NCBI GenBank assembly: GCA_018027755.1
Contig: GCA_018027755.1_4098.1
DNA: 64,000 nt
DNA from: a phage
Direction: 5' to 3' (one strand)
Shown here in pieces: positions 1-11,186 of this stretch (its first letter is position 1; every line of letters starts with the position of its first letter). Position numbers and translations under genes: made by a program. The notes below the pieces were generated by a model. It was not told the DNA's origin, did not search any database, and was given only the letters and a program-made list of their open reading frames with translations.

Positions 1-24
1 AAAAAAAAACAACGAGAGGTATAC

Positions 25-282
<258 letters not shown>

Positions 283-290
283 GAATTTAA

Positions 291-692
291 ATGAAAAAGA
301 ATGACTTGATCAAAATGCTTCAAGAGATTGACGGCAATCCAGAGATTGTTATTTGGAATGGATATGTCGATGATTATATGAACATCGAAAAAGGCTTGAC
401 TAAAATCACTCTAGTCAAAGAAACTGAACAGTTCCTTCTGGAAGCATTAGTGCACGAATGGTGCAAACGTAACAATACATTCGACATTCCAGAAGATCAA
501 CGAACTAAGATTGCAGAACAAGCTAAAAAACTTCATAAGAAACGTGAATACGATTTCCAGAACCCACATGTTACTGAAGACGAATTCAATCACTGGTACG
601 GTAAAAAGAAATTGACAAAGTATGTCCTTTCACCTAAACTACGTGGTAAGACTTCACTTGGTGTATTCAACGCCGCAGACTTAAACTACTAG
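291..692 (+). CDS. hypothetical protein
   Basis: ORF in track, 9 nt after previous stop. Confidence 0.55.
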   Translation: MKKNDLIKMLQEIDGNPEIVIWNGYVDDYMNIEKGLTKITLVKETEQFLLEALVHEWCKRNNTFDIPEDQRTKIAEQAKKLHKKREYDFQNPHVTEDEFNHWYGKKKLTKYVLSPKLRGKTSLGVFNAADLNY

Positions 693-701
693 CGGGTATT
701 A

Positions 702-956
<255 letters not shown>

Positions 957-1000
957 ATGGGGAGGTTGTGATTCCCGATTCAGTAGCTTATAAAGCAATT

Positions 1001-1106
<106 letters not shown>

Positions 1107-1125
1107 AGAGGTACTTCGAGTATGC

Positions 1126-1251
<126 letters not shown>

Positions 1252-1253
1252 TA

Positions 1254-1340
<87 letters not shown>

Positions 1341-1395
1341 GACTGCCAAACAGCTTGAAGTACTTTGTAGTGCTGCACCTATGCCGACACTTGGC

Positions 1396-1496
<101 letters not shown>

Positions 1497-1518
1497 TATC
1501 TTACTTTTTAAACAAATA

Positions 1519-1592
1519 GCCTCAATAGCAAAATTGGTAATGCACACGATTTGTAATCGTGAGATTTTTCCGTTCGAGTCGGAATTGGGGCA
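1519..1592 (+). tRNA. tRNA-Thr (anticodon UGU)
   Basis: Hand-folded cloverleaf: 7-bp acceptor stem (one G-U), D-loop with GG, anticodon stem cacga/tcgtg with loop tttgtaa (U33, anticodon TGT, A37), T-stem ttccg/cggaa with loop ttcgagt; no encoded CCA. Confidence 0.75.
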
Positions 1593-1649
1593 CAAATAAG
1601 TTCAAGTCTGTTACATAACACTAAATACTATATAATACTTATATAGGAC

Positions 1650-2351
1650 ATGGATGTTATGAAAGAGATTATGTACAATCTATACAAAAATAAAAAATCA
1701 AAGTTATCTACTAAAGATATCAATGAATGTAAAGAATTACCTTCTTATAACACATTACTGTTAAAGTATGGTTTTACATTATCTGAACTTAATAAAGAAT
1801 TTCGTGAAAGATATTATAATGAAAACCCAAAACTTTGTTTAATGTGCAACAAATCAATACCACTATGTAAAGGATTTGAAGAGAAGAAATTTTGCAATCA
1901 ATCTTGTGCTGCCAGTTATAACAACAAAGGTTATAACAGACATACTGGTGAAATTGTCAAAGATCAGTACTGTTTATCATGTAATACATTTCTCCCTAAA
2001 GGAAAAACCGATAGGAAGTATTGTGATTTGAAATGTCACAAACAGCACCAATATGACACTTATGTTCATGCCTGGCTTTCAGGTAATAAAATTGGTTGCA
2101 CTGGTAAGACTTGCCAAATTAGTAATTATGTGAGAAGATATCTACATGAAACACGCGGAACTGCATGTGAAGAGTGTGGATGGGATAAACGTCATCCAAC
2201 AGATGGTGCAGTACTGACAGAAGTTGAGCACATTGATGGTGATGCTACAAATAATGACCTACCAAATTTAAAAATCCTTTGCCCTAATTGTCATTCGATG
2301 ACACCAACATTCAGAGCAAGGAACAAGAACTCCGCAAGGAATCGTAAATAA
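1650..2351 (+). CDS. HNH homing endonuclease with zinc-ribbon Cys pairs
   Basis: C-terminal motif EVEHIDGD...NN...NLKILCPNCH; CxxC pairs upstream; directly downstream of the tRNA. Confidence 0.8.
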   Translation: MDVMKEIMYNLYKNKKSKLSTKDINECKELPSYNTLLLKYGFTLSELNKEFRERYYNENPKLCLMCNKSIPLCKGFEEKKFCNQSCAASYNNKGYNRHTGEIVKDQYCLSCNTFLPKGKTDRKYCDLKCHKQHQYDTYVHAWLSGNKIGCTGKTCQISNYVRRYLHETRGTACEECGWDKRHPTDGAVLTEVEHIDGDATNNDLPNLKILCPNCHSMTPTFRARNKNSARNRK

Positions 2352-2367
2352 TTTTTTAAGGTACAAT

Positions 2368-2784
2368 ATGACATACAACATTGTTAAAATGGTGAACTAC
2401 GTATTAAAAAACAACGCATGGTCACTGCATGATGTACAATTAGAAGATATTGGTGAAGTTAGAGTTTTTTGCTATGATGGCGATTTGAACGAAACCACTG
2501 ATTTGAGTAAATGTTTTAATATTTTTCTTGGTTATGAAATCAATAATCATTTTTATTCATTTGATGTGTATTTTGAACGAGTTAAAATCAGAATTGCTAA
2601 TGTAAATAGTGATTATTATGACACTAGAATTGAATTGAATTTTGACGATATTGATACTGAAGAAAAATTCTTTCAGTACTGTCTCGTAAACGATCTAAAT
2701 GGATTAACATTTGATGACATTAGTGCTATCCTTAAAGTTCAAAGATTGATTCCAGAAGAGGTATTAAATCCGTTAAATGACTAG
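2368..2784 (+). CDS. hypothetical protein, paralog family A
   Basis: Shares C-terminal motif (FFQY..ND..GLT.D...AIL.V.RLI) with the ORFs at 2777, 3853 and 4271. Confidence 0.6.
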   Translation: MTYNIVKMVNYVLKNNAWSLHDVQLEDIGEVRVFCYDGDLNETTDLSKCFNIFLGYEINNHFYSFDVYFERVKIRIANVNSDYYDTRIELNFDDIDTEEKFFQYCLVNDLNGLTFDDISAILKVQRLIPEEVLNPLND

Positions 2785-3142
2785 TCTAATAGTACGTATA
2801 ATGCAAGATGTTTGTAATAACCTTTATACAGGCAATTTTGACGATCCGAACATAAAAATATTATGTTATGATGGTTTTACAATGGTACATCCAGCCTATT
2901 CAAATAATATCTACGTAGCATATACAGGTGAAAATCTATTATATCAATTTGATATATATAGTACAATGACAAAGATAATTTTGGATGCATCTAAACCAGC
3001 AATCTTTATTGCTTCTCATGATTACCATTACACTGAAGAATCACTATTTCAGTACTCAATGATTAATGACATTGGTGGGTTGACATTGGATGAGGTTAAT
3101 GCTATACTAGCTGTCTCACGTTTGGTTAAAACCCACAATTAG
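2777..3142 (+). CDS. hypothetical protein, paralog family A
   Basis: Paralogous C-terminal motif LFQYSMINDIGGLTLDEVNAILAVSRLV. Confidence 0.6.
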   Translation: MTSLIVRIMQDVCNNLYTGNFDDPNIKILCYDGFTMVHPAYSNNIYVAYTGENLLYQFDIYSTMTKIILDASKPAIFIASHDYHYTEESLFQYSMINDIGGLTLDEVNAILAVSRLVKTHN

Positions 3143-3151
3143 GAGATTCAT

Positions 3152-3343
3152 ATGTTCTGGAATTTATTATGCTTGTTTGGTCGTACATTGGTTCTTGCTA
3201 TTATTCATACACCTGGTATTCGTAATTATGTTTCTTATGAATTTAAGAAAAATTATCACAACAATACTGAAGTTCGTACAACTAAGATGTGCAAAGACTT
3301 CAAGGTAGATGTTCCACCATTCAAGAAGTACGAGGATGAATAA
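3152..3343 (+). CDS. hypothetical protein
   Basis: ORF in track; SD AGGAG upstream. Confidence 0.5.
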   Translation: MFWNLLCLFGRTLVLAIIHTPGIRNYVSYEFKKNYHNNTEVRTTKMCKDFKVDVPPFKKYEDE

Positions 3344-3627
3344 TGGAATTCATTGTTGCACCTGATGAACTTAAAACATTCACGTTCAGAGATAATAACA
3401 ATTATCCTTATACAAATCATTCATTGAATTCATTACATGTTATTGCAATCATTGCATCTGAATACAGGGATAATCCATGTATTGATTTTAAAACCACTGA
3501 TGGCGAATATACATGGGTGATCCCAAAAGATAAATATAGTTATCAAGGGGCAGTAGAAATTCGTGACTCGATTCTAAAACAAATCGAAGATGGAAATACT
3601 CATCCTAAACTAAACACTCAGTACTGA
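3343..3627 (+). CDS. hypothetical protein
   Basis: ORF in track; start overlaps previous stop. Confidence 0.5.
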   Translation: MEFIVAPDELKTFTFRDNNNYPYTNHSLNSLHVIAIIASEYRDNPCIDFKTTDGEYTWVIPKDKYSYQGAVEIRDSILKQIEDGNTHPKLNTQY

Positions 3628-3826
3628 AATCGTTTAACCCGATAGCTTCTAGTCAGTACTGATTCCTCCTTATGTATAGAAGCTATCACTTTTTTACGTA
3701 TAATGATATTACCCTCAAATTCATTATATTCGTTACCCTCTAACAGTATCTTTTTATTCCTCTTGGATGCTGTAATTTAGAAGTTGACTTTTTAACTTCT
3801 ACTGTGTTATACTTAAGGCTGATTCG

Positions 3827-3847
3827 ATGAATCGGCCTTTTTTCTTA
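3827..3847 (+). terminator. intrinsic terminator hairpin
   Basis: ggctgattcgatgaatcggcc followed by a T-run. Confidence 0.5.
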
Positions 3848-3852
3848 TATAG

Positions 3853-4281
3853 GTGAATGCAATGAGTTATTTGTTTACTTTAATTGATAAGTATGTTGAC
3901 ATTGTATACCGTCAAGTTTGTAGTGATACGTTTGAAACAAAAAACCCAATTAGAGATGGCATTTTTGATGTTGTCGTTGGATCATTTTTGAATGGATACA
4001 CAGAGACATTATACAACAGTAATAATATTTTTATTTCAGTTCAATCCAGACATACATCAGACTATGCTGTTAGCATTGATATTTGGGAAAATAATATAGA
4101 AATAGATATAACGGAACATACTAACATTCATGTTGATGATACATTTAATCAATTAACTGAAGAAATGTACTTGCAGTTGAATTTTGTACATGATCTTACA
4201 AATATCAGTTATGATACATTAAGGAAAATATGTTTTCTTAGTGGGGTGATCCGTAGTAATATGAGTAAGGATGGGAAGTGA
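3853..4281 (+). CDS. hypothetical protein, paralog family A
   Basis: GTG start at 3853 (ATG at 3862 is the alternative); family A C-terminal motif. Confidence 0.55.
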   Translation: MNAMSYLFTLIDKYVDIVYRQVCSDTFETKNPIRDGIFDVVVGSFLNGYTETLYNSNNIFISVQSRHTSDYAVSIDIWENNIEIDITEHTNIHVDDTFNQLTEEMYLQLNFVHDLTNISYDTLRKICFLSGVIRSNMSKDGK

Positions 4282-4699
4282 AATGTTAAAAATTCCACCT
4301 AAGTCGTTAACACATCTTATTGAATGTGGTGTAATATTTTCCGAAGGTGATACCTCATCATACACATTGGTCGATGAACCTTATAATTTTTCATACCAAT
4401 CTTATAAAAATAATTCTAAAATTTCTTGTAGATATGCTGAAAACATATTAATAGATGTTTCGTTACATAATGTTCCGAAATTTTACATTGATATCTTTGG
4501 TGATTCTTTGACAATTCGAACATATGATTATTTTATTAATAAAGACCTCTTGAGTCTTCCAATTGAACATGATACTATAGATTCAGAGATGTTCTTTCAG
4601 CTATCAACAGTTTACGATTTACAGGGTTTAACTGTTGAGCAGTTGAATGGAATATTTGAGATTTCACGAAACATACGAAGCAGGAATAAAAATGTCTAA
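4271..4699 (+). CDS. hypothetical protein, paralog family A
   Basis: C-terminal FFQLSTVYDLQGLTVEQLNGIFEISRNI. Confidence 0.55.
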   Translation: MGSEMLKIPPKSLTHLIECGVIFSEGDTSSYTLVDEPYNFSYQSYKNNSKISCRYAENILIDVSLHNVPKFYIDIFGDSLTIRTYDYFINKDLLSLPIEHDTIDSEMFFQLSTVYDLQGLTVEQLNGIFEISRNIRSRNKNV

Positions 4700-5102
4700 T
4701 ATTTTAAATGAAAAAACAGTTGATGTTGTTATTGGTGTTCTTAACACCGCAACTTCATTTCAGAAGAAACACAGTGTTGTATACTTTGGTGAAGATTGTT
4801 GGCTGAACTATACTAATAATTCGTTTATAATTCGTGTAGAGGCTGATGATATTGGATTAACCGTTCAGGTAGGATGTGCCAAAACTGACAAACAAATCAC
4901 TGTCATTGTTGATAAACTTACGTCTTCTTTTTATGATAGTATAGATGATTGTGAACACTATAGTTCAACATTTTATGATACAGAAGAAGAACATTTTATG
5001 GAAAGTACTGTTCAAGAGTTAGCTATTCCATATAAGCTAATGAAAGCCGTGAGTGATTTAATTTTAAAATATAAAAAAATAGGAGTTACTAATGCAATTT
5101 AA
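4692..5102 (+). CDS. hypothetical protein
   Basis: Track ORF 4647..5102; start moved to the internal ATG after AGGAATAAAA. Confidence 0.5.
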   Translation: MSNILNEKTVDVVIGVLNTATSFQKKHSVVYFGEDCWLNYTNNSFIIRVEADDIGLTVQVGCAKTDKQITVIVDKLTSSFYDSIDDCEHYSSTFYDTEEEHFMESTVQELAIPYKLMKAVSDLILKYKKIGVTNAI

Positions 5103-5538
5103 TGGTAAAGTTTCCAAAGTAGGTTTGGTTTTTGAAAACTGTGAATTTGTTGATATTGATGTAAAGAATGTTTTATGGATGCATATTGCTGATGAGAAGA
5201 CTCTTTGTAGCCGTTTTTCAAACGGACTGACAATTAGTACTGTTATCGGTGAGTTCGGTATTGCATTACGCAGCAATACACCATCGGATTTCATGGACAA
5301 CTCTACACTGTTAGACCGTTTAAAAATGCGTGACGTTACACACGTTTATCTATATGATACTAACGGTGTTGAACAGCGTTATGTAGTTGAATGGGCTAAT
5401 TATAACCTTAGTGATCAATATTCAGTAAACCAGCGTGTTCAAATCACCCCTGGTGGTAATATTGTGTTTGTTAGTTCAACTGGTAAATTAATCAGTGTAG
5501 ATGATAAAAATATTGATCTATTCACTGCATATAACTAA
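5092..5538 (+). CDS. hypothetical protein
   Basis: ORF in track, overlapping junction. Confidence 0.5.
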   Translation: MQFNGKVSKVGLVFENCEFVDIDVKNVLWMHIADEKTLCSRFSNGLTISTVIGEFGIALRSNTPSDFMDNSTLLDRLKMRDVTHVYLYDTNGVEQRYVVEWANYNLSDQYSVNQRVQITPGGNIVFVSSTGKLISVDDKNIDLFTAYN

Positions 5539-5549
5539 CAAGAGCTTTT

Positions 5550-5969
5550 ATGAAAACAATCAAAGTGCATTTCAAAGACACATGGACAGAAGTGAGTACT
5601 GGTAATATTCAGGATATTTTATATAGTACTGAAACTATTCATGTTTATGATGAAGATACTGCTGCCGAGCAGTTAAAAGTTTTGCATCGTAGTGTTGGTG
5701 AGCACACTGAATATGGCATTAAACATACTCGTGAATTACTTAATACTAATCACATTGAAACCCGTAAAGCAAACTTATCAAAAGAAGAAATGTTCGATTT
5801 CATCCTGAACCATAAAGTTCATATTGAGCCTGATGGGTCTATATGGGAGAACACTGCTGGACAAAAAGTGCTGAAAAAATATCATGTTTCAATTGATAAT
5901 GTAAAAATGTCAGGGTATGATTTGGAAGATGCAATTAATGAATATGTATCTAGGCAGAGGGCAAATTGA
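5550..5969 (+). CDS. hypothetical protein
   Basis: ORF in track. Confidence 0.5.
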   Translation: MKTIKVHFKDTWTEVSTGNIQDILYSTETIHVYDEDTAAEQLKVLHRSVGEHTEYGIKHTRELLNTNHIETRKANLSKEEMFDFILNHKVHIEPDGSIWENTAGQKVLKKYHVSIDNVKMSGYDLEDAINEYVSRQRAN

Positions 5970-6340
5970 TGAGCTTGATAACATTTACAATTATTTGTTG
6001 CATTACTATTGTACTTTGTCGCCTGATTCATGTATACTCATATCATAAAGCGTTGCGAATCGAACAAGAGATTTACAACGAAAACCGAGAACCAGAACCA
6101 GTCAAGAAGCCACCATCACCTTATGGGTTGAAACGTGAGATGCATTCTCAAAGTAAAAAGTGGGGTTATGCAATTACTAAAAATGGCTACATCTATACTG
6201 CAAGTAATGGTTATTTTCAAATTCACCACGAATTAGAAGTGGCAGTTCAAATTTTGTGGGAGATGGAGGACATTGGTGGTTATGAGCGTACTAAGTTTGA
6301 ATTCATATCAAATGATCCAGGAACTTCACGAGAAACATGA
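5966..6340 (+). CDS. hypothetical protein with N-terminal hydrophobic segment
   Basis: ORF in track; N-terminal LITFTIICCITIVLC looks like a TM or signal anchor. Confidence 0.5.
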   Translation: MMSLITFTIICCITIVLCRLIHVYSYHKALRIEQEIYNENREPEPVKKPPSPYGLKREMHSQSKKWGYAITKNGYIYTASNGYFQIHHELEVAVQILWEMEDIGGYERTKFEFISNDPGTSRET

Positions 6341-6485
6341 TATAATTGTTGATGTGGAGAAGAAGGAAGTCGTTATGAAAAAGCAAGCATATAGAATTTT
6401 AGAAGACTTCCATCTAAAAGCATTTATAATGAAGTTCTGTACAGATGAACATCTTACCGGACGAGTAATACGTAAGGAGTTGTAA
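6273..6485 (+). CDS. hypothetical protein (start uncertain)
   Basis: ORF in track; overlaps previous gene, true start may be an internal ATG. Confidence 0.35.
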   Translation: MVVMSVLSLNSYQMIQELHEKHDIIVDVEKKEVVMKKQAYRILEDFHLKAFIMKFCTDEHLTGRVIRKEL

Positions 6486-6827
6486 ATGAACTTAAGTTCA
6501 ACAATTCAGTACTTGAGCAGTAACTTCGAGAAAATTATTTCTCGCGGTGGGATGATTGTACACCCAGAAACAGAGGAAATGTACATCATTGGATTTGATA
6601 AAAATTCTTATGATCAAGTACTTGTAATTTCCAAGTTAGAAAGTTATAATGAAGTTGTTCAGTTTTGCTGTACCGAATTTGGTATATATATTAAAGACGC
6701 TGAAACTAATACAATTTCGCATTATTTTTACCACACACTGATGGGTACTAAAGACTTCGGCTTGAAGTTCGATGATTTAGTACAATGTCACTATATGTTT
6801 AAAACCTTCCCAGCTAGTGGGCATTAA
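6486..6827 (+). CDS. hypothetical protein
   Basis: ORF in track; SD AAGGAG upstream. Confidence 0.55.
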   Translation: MNLSSTIQYLSSNFEKIISRGGMIVHPETEEMYIIGFDKNSYDQVLVISKLESYNEVVQFCCTEFGIYIKDAETNTISHYFYHTLMGTKDFGLKFDDLVQCHYMFKTFPASGH

Positions 6828-6840
6828 GGAGTATATCAAT

Positions 6841-7629
6841 ATGAGCAACATTTTCTTCAAAACTATTTCTTTCAAAAAAGCATCTTACTCCTACGCCTAC
6901 GTTGATGGTAAAGTGCTTAATATTGTACTGGATGGTGTTGACGTACCAGTTGAATTTAAAACACATGAAGAAGCAGTTGAAGGTGCTAAAGAATTGAATT
7001 CAATTCTTAATGGTGAAGTAAGTCAAAAACAACATGTAAAATCTGATTTAGATGTACTTTTGGAAAAAATCAAAACTGGTGAAGTATTAGAAATTTTAGA
7101 CAACTGTAATGAAAAACTTCGTAATGTAGTTAATAATGTTCGTGACCAGATTCAAGAAAAAGCACTAGAGCAAGCATTCAAACATGTATCCAAGAATGCT
7201 GAATCTCGTATTGACGGTATGGTTAAAAATCTTGATGATGTACTATCTCATCTCTTTACTAAAGAATACGAACAAGAAGTTGAAGAAGAACCAGTAAAAG
7301 AAACTAAAAAAGAAAAACGTAGCTTTGGCTCAGGTGATGATGTGTTTGGTTTTACGAATGTCCGAACAAGTGCAGATGAACCAAAAGAAATTAGTGAGAT
7401 GCTCATTGGTGACATGACAACTAAGCAGCTTCGTAATGAAATTGACAAGTTTGTAACTAGTTGTATCAAATCAGAACGTGCACAAAGTATGTTTAAAAGC
7501 ATTAGTGAGAACTTTGGTCCAGAAGCAACTGAGCAGGCACTAACTGCATTTAAAGAATTGATTTATAATGTAGCCATTAGCAATCCAGATAAAACACTTG
7601 AAGAAGTTCTACGTGACAATTTCAAATAA
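6841..7629 (+). CDS. hypothetical acidic protein
   Basis: Track ORF 6817..7629; start moved to ATG after TAAGGAG. Confidence 0.55.
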   Translation: MSNIFFKTISFKKASYSYAYVDGKVLNIVLDGVDVPVEFKTHEEAVEGAKELNSILNGEVSQKQHVKSDLDVLLEKIKTGEVLEILDNCNEKLRNVVNNVRDQIQEKALEQAFKHVSKNAESRIDGMVKNLDDVLSHLFTKEYEQEVEEEPVKETKKEKRSFGSGDDVFGFTNVRTSADEPKEISEMLIGDMTTKQLRNEIDKFVTSCIKSERAQSMFKSISENFGPEATEQALTAFKELIYNVAISNPDKTLEEVLRDNFK

Positions 7630-7642
7630 TTAGATAAAATTA

Positions 7643-7667
7643 AAGCCACTACAATGTAGTGGCTTTT
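7643..7667. terminator. bidirectional intrinsic terminator
   Basis: aagccactacaatgtagtggctttttt between convergent genes. Confidence 0.6.
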
Positions 7668-7670
7668 TTA

Positions 7671-8825
7671 TTATGCGTTGTAACCAACTATTACGACTGA
7701 GCAGTCAAGCGGTTCTACTACTTTAAGAATTACATTATCATCTTCATCCACTTGTATTTCACTATGAACTACATGATTGTCTGAAGAATATAATTGAACT
7801 TGTGGTAGTGCTTTACCATGTTCAGTTACTGGAACTGAGATAAAGTACATAGAGTCTTCACCGAGAACCCACTCACTTAAAGTATATTCTTTATGGAAAG
7901 GAGTAGTATGCAGTGTTTTTCCGATTATACTCAAAGAAACAGGTAAATTATCAGTTTGATACACAGTAATATTACCTTCTGCGTCTACAGAAAGATCTAC
8001 ACCAACTTGATATAAGTCACCACTGTATGCTTGAAGTGCTAAGTACTGTCCACGATCATGAACATCAAATGGAACAACCGCAGAAAATACACCTTCCGAA
8101 ACAGGTTCAAATTGGGATAGAAGAACTGATGTAACAAAATCAATATCCTCACCACTTTCAAGAACATCAAATTCCACCACTTTAGTGTTATAATATGGAG
8201 AAGTGAGCGTAGCAGTACCTTTCCCTGATTGTGTGATAACATCAACTGGAATTGTAAATGCATCATTAACAAATTGGGTAGTAAAGTATTCTGTCCCGTC
8301 TGGTAATACGATTGTTATTACCATACCGTTAGTATCAATTTCTGAACCAGTGTTGAATAATTTACCACTAATTGAGTCATTACCAACAAATACTGGTGAA
8401 ATGAGAATATTATCTATATCACGATCTATAATACCACATTCAGGTGTATACATATGATACAAGGTTTGTGAACTACCTAAAATTGTTTTATGTAGCATAA
8501 ATTTATATACAAATCCAGTATCAGTTTCTTGTGGCTCTTCAGAATATCCACGAACAAAGAAACAATTTTTATTAATTTCACTTAATAGTTGGTCATTAGT
8601 TTTATTGTAATTTAATAGATAACCTTTATTATCTTTAGTTGTTATTTGTACTTTACGATATATTATATTAGTTCTGGGATCAACTAAATCATATAATCTA
8701 TGGCTTCTTTGGCGATAGATTCTAATATTTTTTAGTCTAGTTCCATCGTTGAGGATTGCACCATCAACAACATAACCACATTCACCAAACTTATAGCGTC
8801 CAGCCGCAGCAATTGACCTTGACAT
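7671..8825 (-). CDS. hypothetical protein (384 aa)
   Basis: Long minus-strand ORF with GGAGGG SD upstream; the only minus-strand gene in the first 37 kb. Confidence 0.65.
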   Translation of the reverse strand: MSRSIAAAGRYKFGECGYVVDGAILNDGTRLKNIRIYRQRSHRLYDLVDPRTNIIYRKVQITTKDNKGYLLNYNKTNDQLLSEINKNCFFVRGYSEEPQETDTGFVYKFMLHKTILGSSQTLYHMYTPECGIIDRDIDNILISPVFVGNDSISGKLFNTGSEIDTNGMVITIVLPDGTEYFTTQFVNDAFTIPVDVITQSGKGTATLTSPYYNTKVVEFDVLESGEDIDFVTSVLLSQFEPVSEGVFSAVVPFDVHDRGQYLALQAYSGDLYQVGVDLSVDAEGNITVYQTDNLPVSLSIIGKTLHTTPFHKEYTLSEWVLGEDSMYFISVPVTEHGKALPQVQLYSSDNHVVHSEIQVDEDDNVILKVVEPLDCSVVIVGYNA

Positions 8826-8941
8826 TTATCCCTCCATTGGTATAATTATTATAACGTATTTATTATGCATATCCAAAAAATGAGCTTGACTGGTGTATGA
8901 TTTGGTGTTATCATGTAGTGAATGAATAATGAGGTGTTTTT

Positions 8942-9526
8942 ATGAATGTTATTGATAATAGATTAGTACTGAAAAATGGAAAAATGACTGTTAAGTTATA
9001 TAAAGATGAAGCTGATTCTTTTATGGCAAAAGCGATTGAAAAATCAGAACGATATAAACTTTTGGCTCCAGCCAGTAAATCGCCATATGGTTTTAATCAT
9101 GCACATAGTCATTTTGTTGGTATGGTATGTGAGCACGCATCTTTAGTACTTTTTAATGAAATTGAAAACAATACTGGTATTAAACTTAATATCGATCCAG
9201 CATTCCAAAATGAAGCACGTGACGGTGAATGTGATATTAAGGTAAACAACCTTCGTATTGAAGTAAAAGGTATCAAGTATAAATCATGGACTGACTTTGG
9301 ACCATGTGTTAGTACTCGACAGTTAAAAAATATCCAGAAAAAAGCTGACGTAATACTATGGGTATTGTATAATGAGAAAAAACAAGAGTTCACGTTTGAG
9401 GGATTCAACTATGTAAAAGATATTAGTTCTATCCCAGTTATCCTCACTGGTGTACCAGGGCGACCAATGATTGAAAATCACCCAGTACTCGGTATTATGA
9501 AACCACTACAGGAGTTACCATTGTGA
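8942..9526 (+). CDS. hypothetical protein, possible PD-(D/E)xK-like nuclease
   Basis: D...E.K-like spacing (DGECDIKV...IEVKG); weak motif-only call. Confidence 0.3.
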   Translation: MNVIDNRLVLKNGKMTVKLYKDEADSFMAKAIEKSERYKLLAPASKSPYGFNHAHSHFVGMVCEHASLVLFNEIENNTGIKLNIDPAFQNEARDGECDIKVNNLRIEVKGIKYKSWTDFGPCVSTRQLKNIQKKADVILWVLYNEKKQEFTFEGFNYVKDISSIPVILTGVPGRPMIENHPVLGIMKPLQELPL

Positions 9527-9750
9527 TTACTGCAACTGTATATCAAGATATCAATGAAGAATTTCATTCTAAAATTGCGTTCTTATCATTTCCTGTCCTC
9601 CCAGTAGTTGGGTCAACGTTGAATCTTACCATTTGTGGGTTTGAGAAATATTATAAAGTTCTAGATATTGAGTACTGTGCTGATGTGTATTCATGTAATA
9701 GTGAAATTGCAATTCCAGTATCAATCGATATTATTGTAAAAGAGGTTTGA
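9523..9750 (+). CDS. hypothetical protein
   Basis: ORF in track; GTG start overlapping previous stop. Confidence 0.45.
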   Translation: MITATVYQDINEEFHSKIAFLSFPVLPVVGSTLNLTICGFEKYYKVLDIEYCADVYSCNSEIAIPVSIDIIVKEV

Positions 9751-10208
9751 TTATGTTTAAGAATTTTATGGTTATCGTAGCAGTACTGTTTGGTACATCA
9801 TGTTTCATTTCCCCAGTACACGCAGAAGAACAACGTCAAACTATTAAAACTATTGGGACTGGTAAAACTCCCCCTAAACGTACTGCTGAAGAATACATGC
9901 CTGAAATGCGTGAACGTTATCGTCAGACATACAGGGAAAAACATGCTAATGATAAACCCATCAAGAAGCATAAATGGGAAGTTGTTAAATCTCCTTCATT
10001 TTGTGCTGGATATGCTAAAGTAAAGATTGAGCAGCACAAAAACCAGTACTATAAAGATATGTATTACTTCTATGACTCCAGAATTTCTGACACAGATATG
10101 ATGGCAGGGAAGGTTGATAAAGAAGAATTTCTACAAGGCTATGATATGATGGACGATGACAAAATCATGGAATGCGTTGAAGTGTATGAAAAATACAGAG
10201 GCTTCTGA
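9747..10208 (+). CDS. secreted hypothetical protein
   Basis: N-terminal signal peptide MIMFKNFMVIVAVLFGTSCFISPVHA. Confidence 0.55.
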   Translation: MIMFKNFMVIVAVLFGTSCFISPVHAEEQRQTIKTIGTGKTPPKRTAEEYMPEMRERYRQTYREKHANDKPIKKHKWEVVKSPSFCAGYAKVKIEQHKNQYYKDMYYFYDSRISDTDMMAGKVDKEEFLQGYDMMDDDKIMECVEVYEKYRGF

Positions 10209-10684
10209 TGTTAACAATAGTGTTGTTGGTAAGTCCATTTGTGTATTTTGTGCTGTATAATATTTTTAGTAATGCTAATCATTTTAAATATGCACAAACA
10301 ATTGCAAAACATGAAGGATTTTGGAATTTTTTCCCAGCGTTACTATGCTCATATCTATACCATGAACGCTATTTCATTTTTCCTGAATATAAAAATTATG
10401 GTTATGATTCTAAAGTAAATGGTATAATTGAGTACTGTATAAGAAATTATATTAATAATAATGATAACGTCCAAGTAAGAATAGGAAATGGTAATATATC
10501 AAGAATAGTTTTCATACCTGATATACAAGACCCAATATACTTATATCCATATGATTATAGTATTAGTGTAGGTTGTTCGATACATGGTAGTAAATCTATG
10601 TACGATTATTTTATCTTACCACCAACACAAATTAGATTAATAGAAAAATATTTGAGGGAAAAGTTTGACAACAAAGATTCTTAG
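10208..10684 (+). CDS. membrane-anchored hypothetical protein
   Basis: N-terminal hydrophobic helix. Confidence 0.5.
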   Translation: MLTIVLLVSPFVYFVLYNIFSNANHFKYAQTIAKHEGFWNFFPALLCSYLYHERYFIFPEYKNYGYDSKVNGIIEYCIRNYINNNDNVQVRIGNGNISRIVFIPDIQDPIYLYPYDYSISVGCSIHGSKSMYDYFILPPTQIRLIEKYLREKFDNKDS

Positions 10685-10726
10685 TATTATAATTAACACA
10701 CCAAGTAACCCAAGGGGGGATGGAAA

Positions 10727-11185
10727 ATGGATGTATTAGCTACAAATTTCAAACGTAACACAGAAGAGCGTGAAGGTTATTTGAGTATTAGTGAAGTTGT
10801 CGATGACAATTTTAAACAATACATTTTTAATAGTGCAATTAAATTAAAATGCACAAAAGATTCACCTGATCGTAGCTTTACTAAATGGATTGCGTATTGG
10901 GAAGATTCACCAGTTGCAATTGAAATGACTGTGATTACAACAGTACTTGAAACTGGTTACATCAAAGCCATTATAGTTGATAAGAAAGTCCGTACTCTTG
11001 ATGAAATTAATCCATATCCAGCCCGAAATTCTAAAGTTTTTGGTGTGTTGGTTGATGGTAAATTTATGATAGAAAAAGATGCAAAGGAATATGTAATTAA
11101 TAAACTTCAAACTACATCAGAAAAAAAGGAAGTAGTGGACCAAAACTCTGTTGATGCAATCAAAAAAGCATGGGGACTAAAGTAA
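10727..11185 (+). CDS. hypothetical protein
   Basis: ORF in track; SD GGGGGGATGG upstream. Confidence 0.55.
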   Translation: MDVLATNFKRNTEEREGYLSISEVVDDNFKQYIFNSAIKLKCTKDSPDRSFTKWIAYWEDSPVAIEMTVITTVLETGYIKAIIVDKKVRTLDEINPYPARNSKVFGVLVDGKFMIEKDAKEYVINKLQTTSEKKEVVDQNSVDAIKKAWGLK

Positions 11186-11186
11186 T

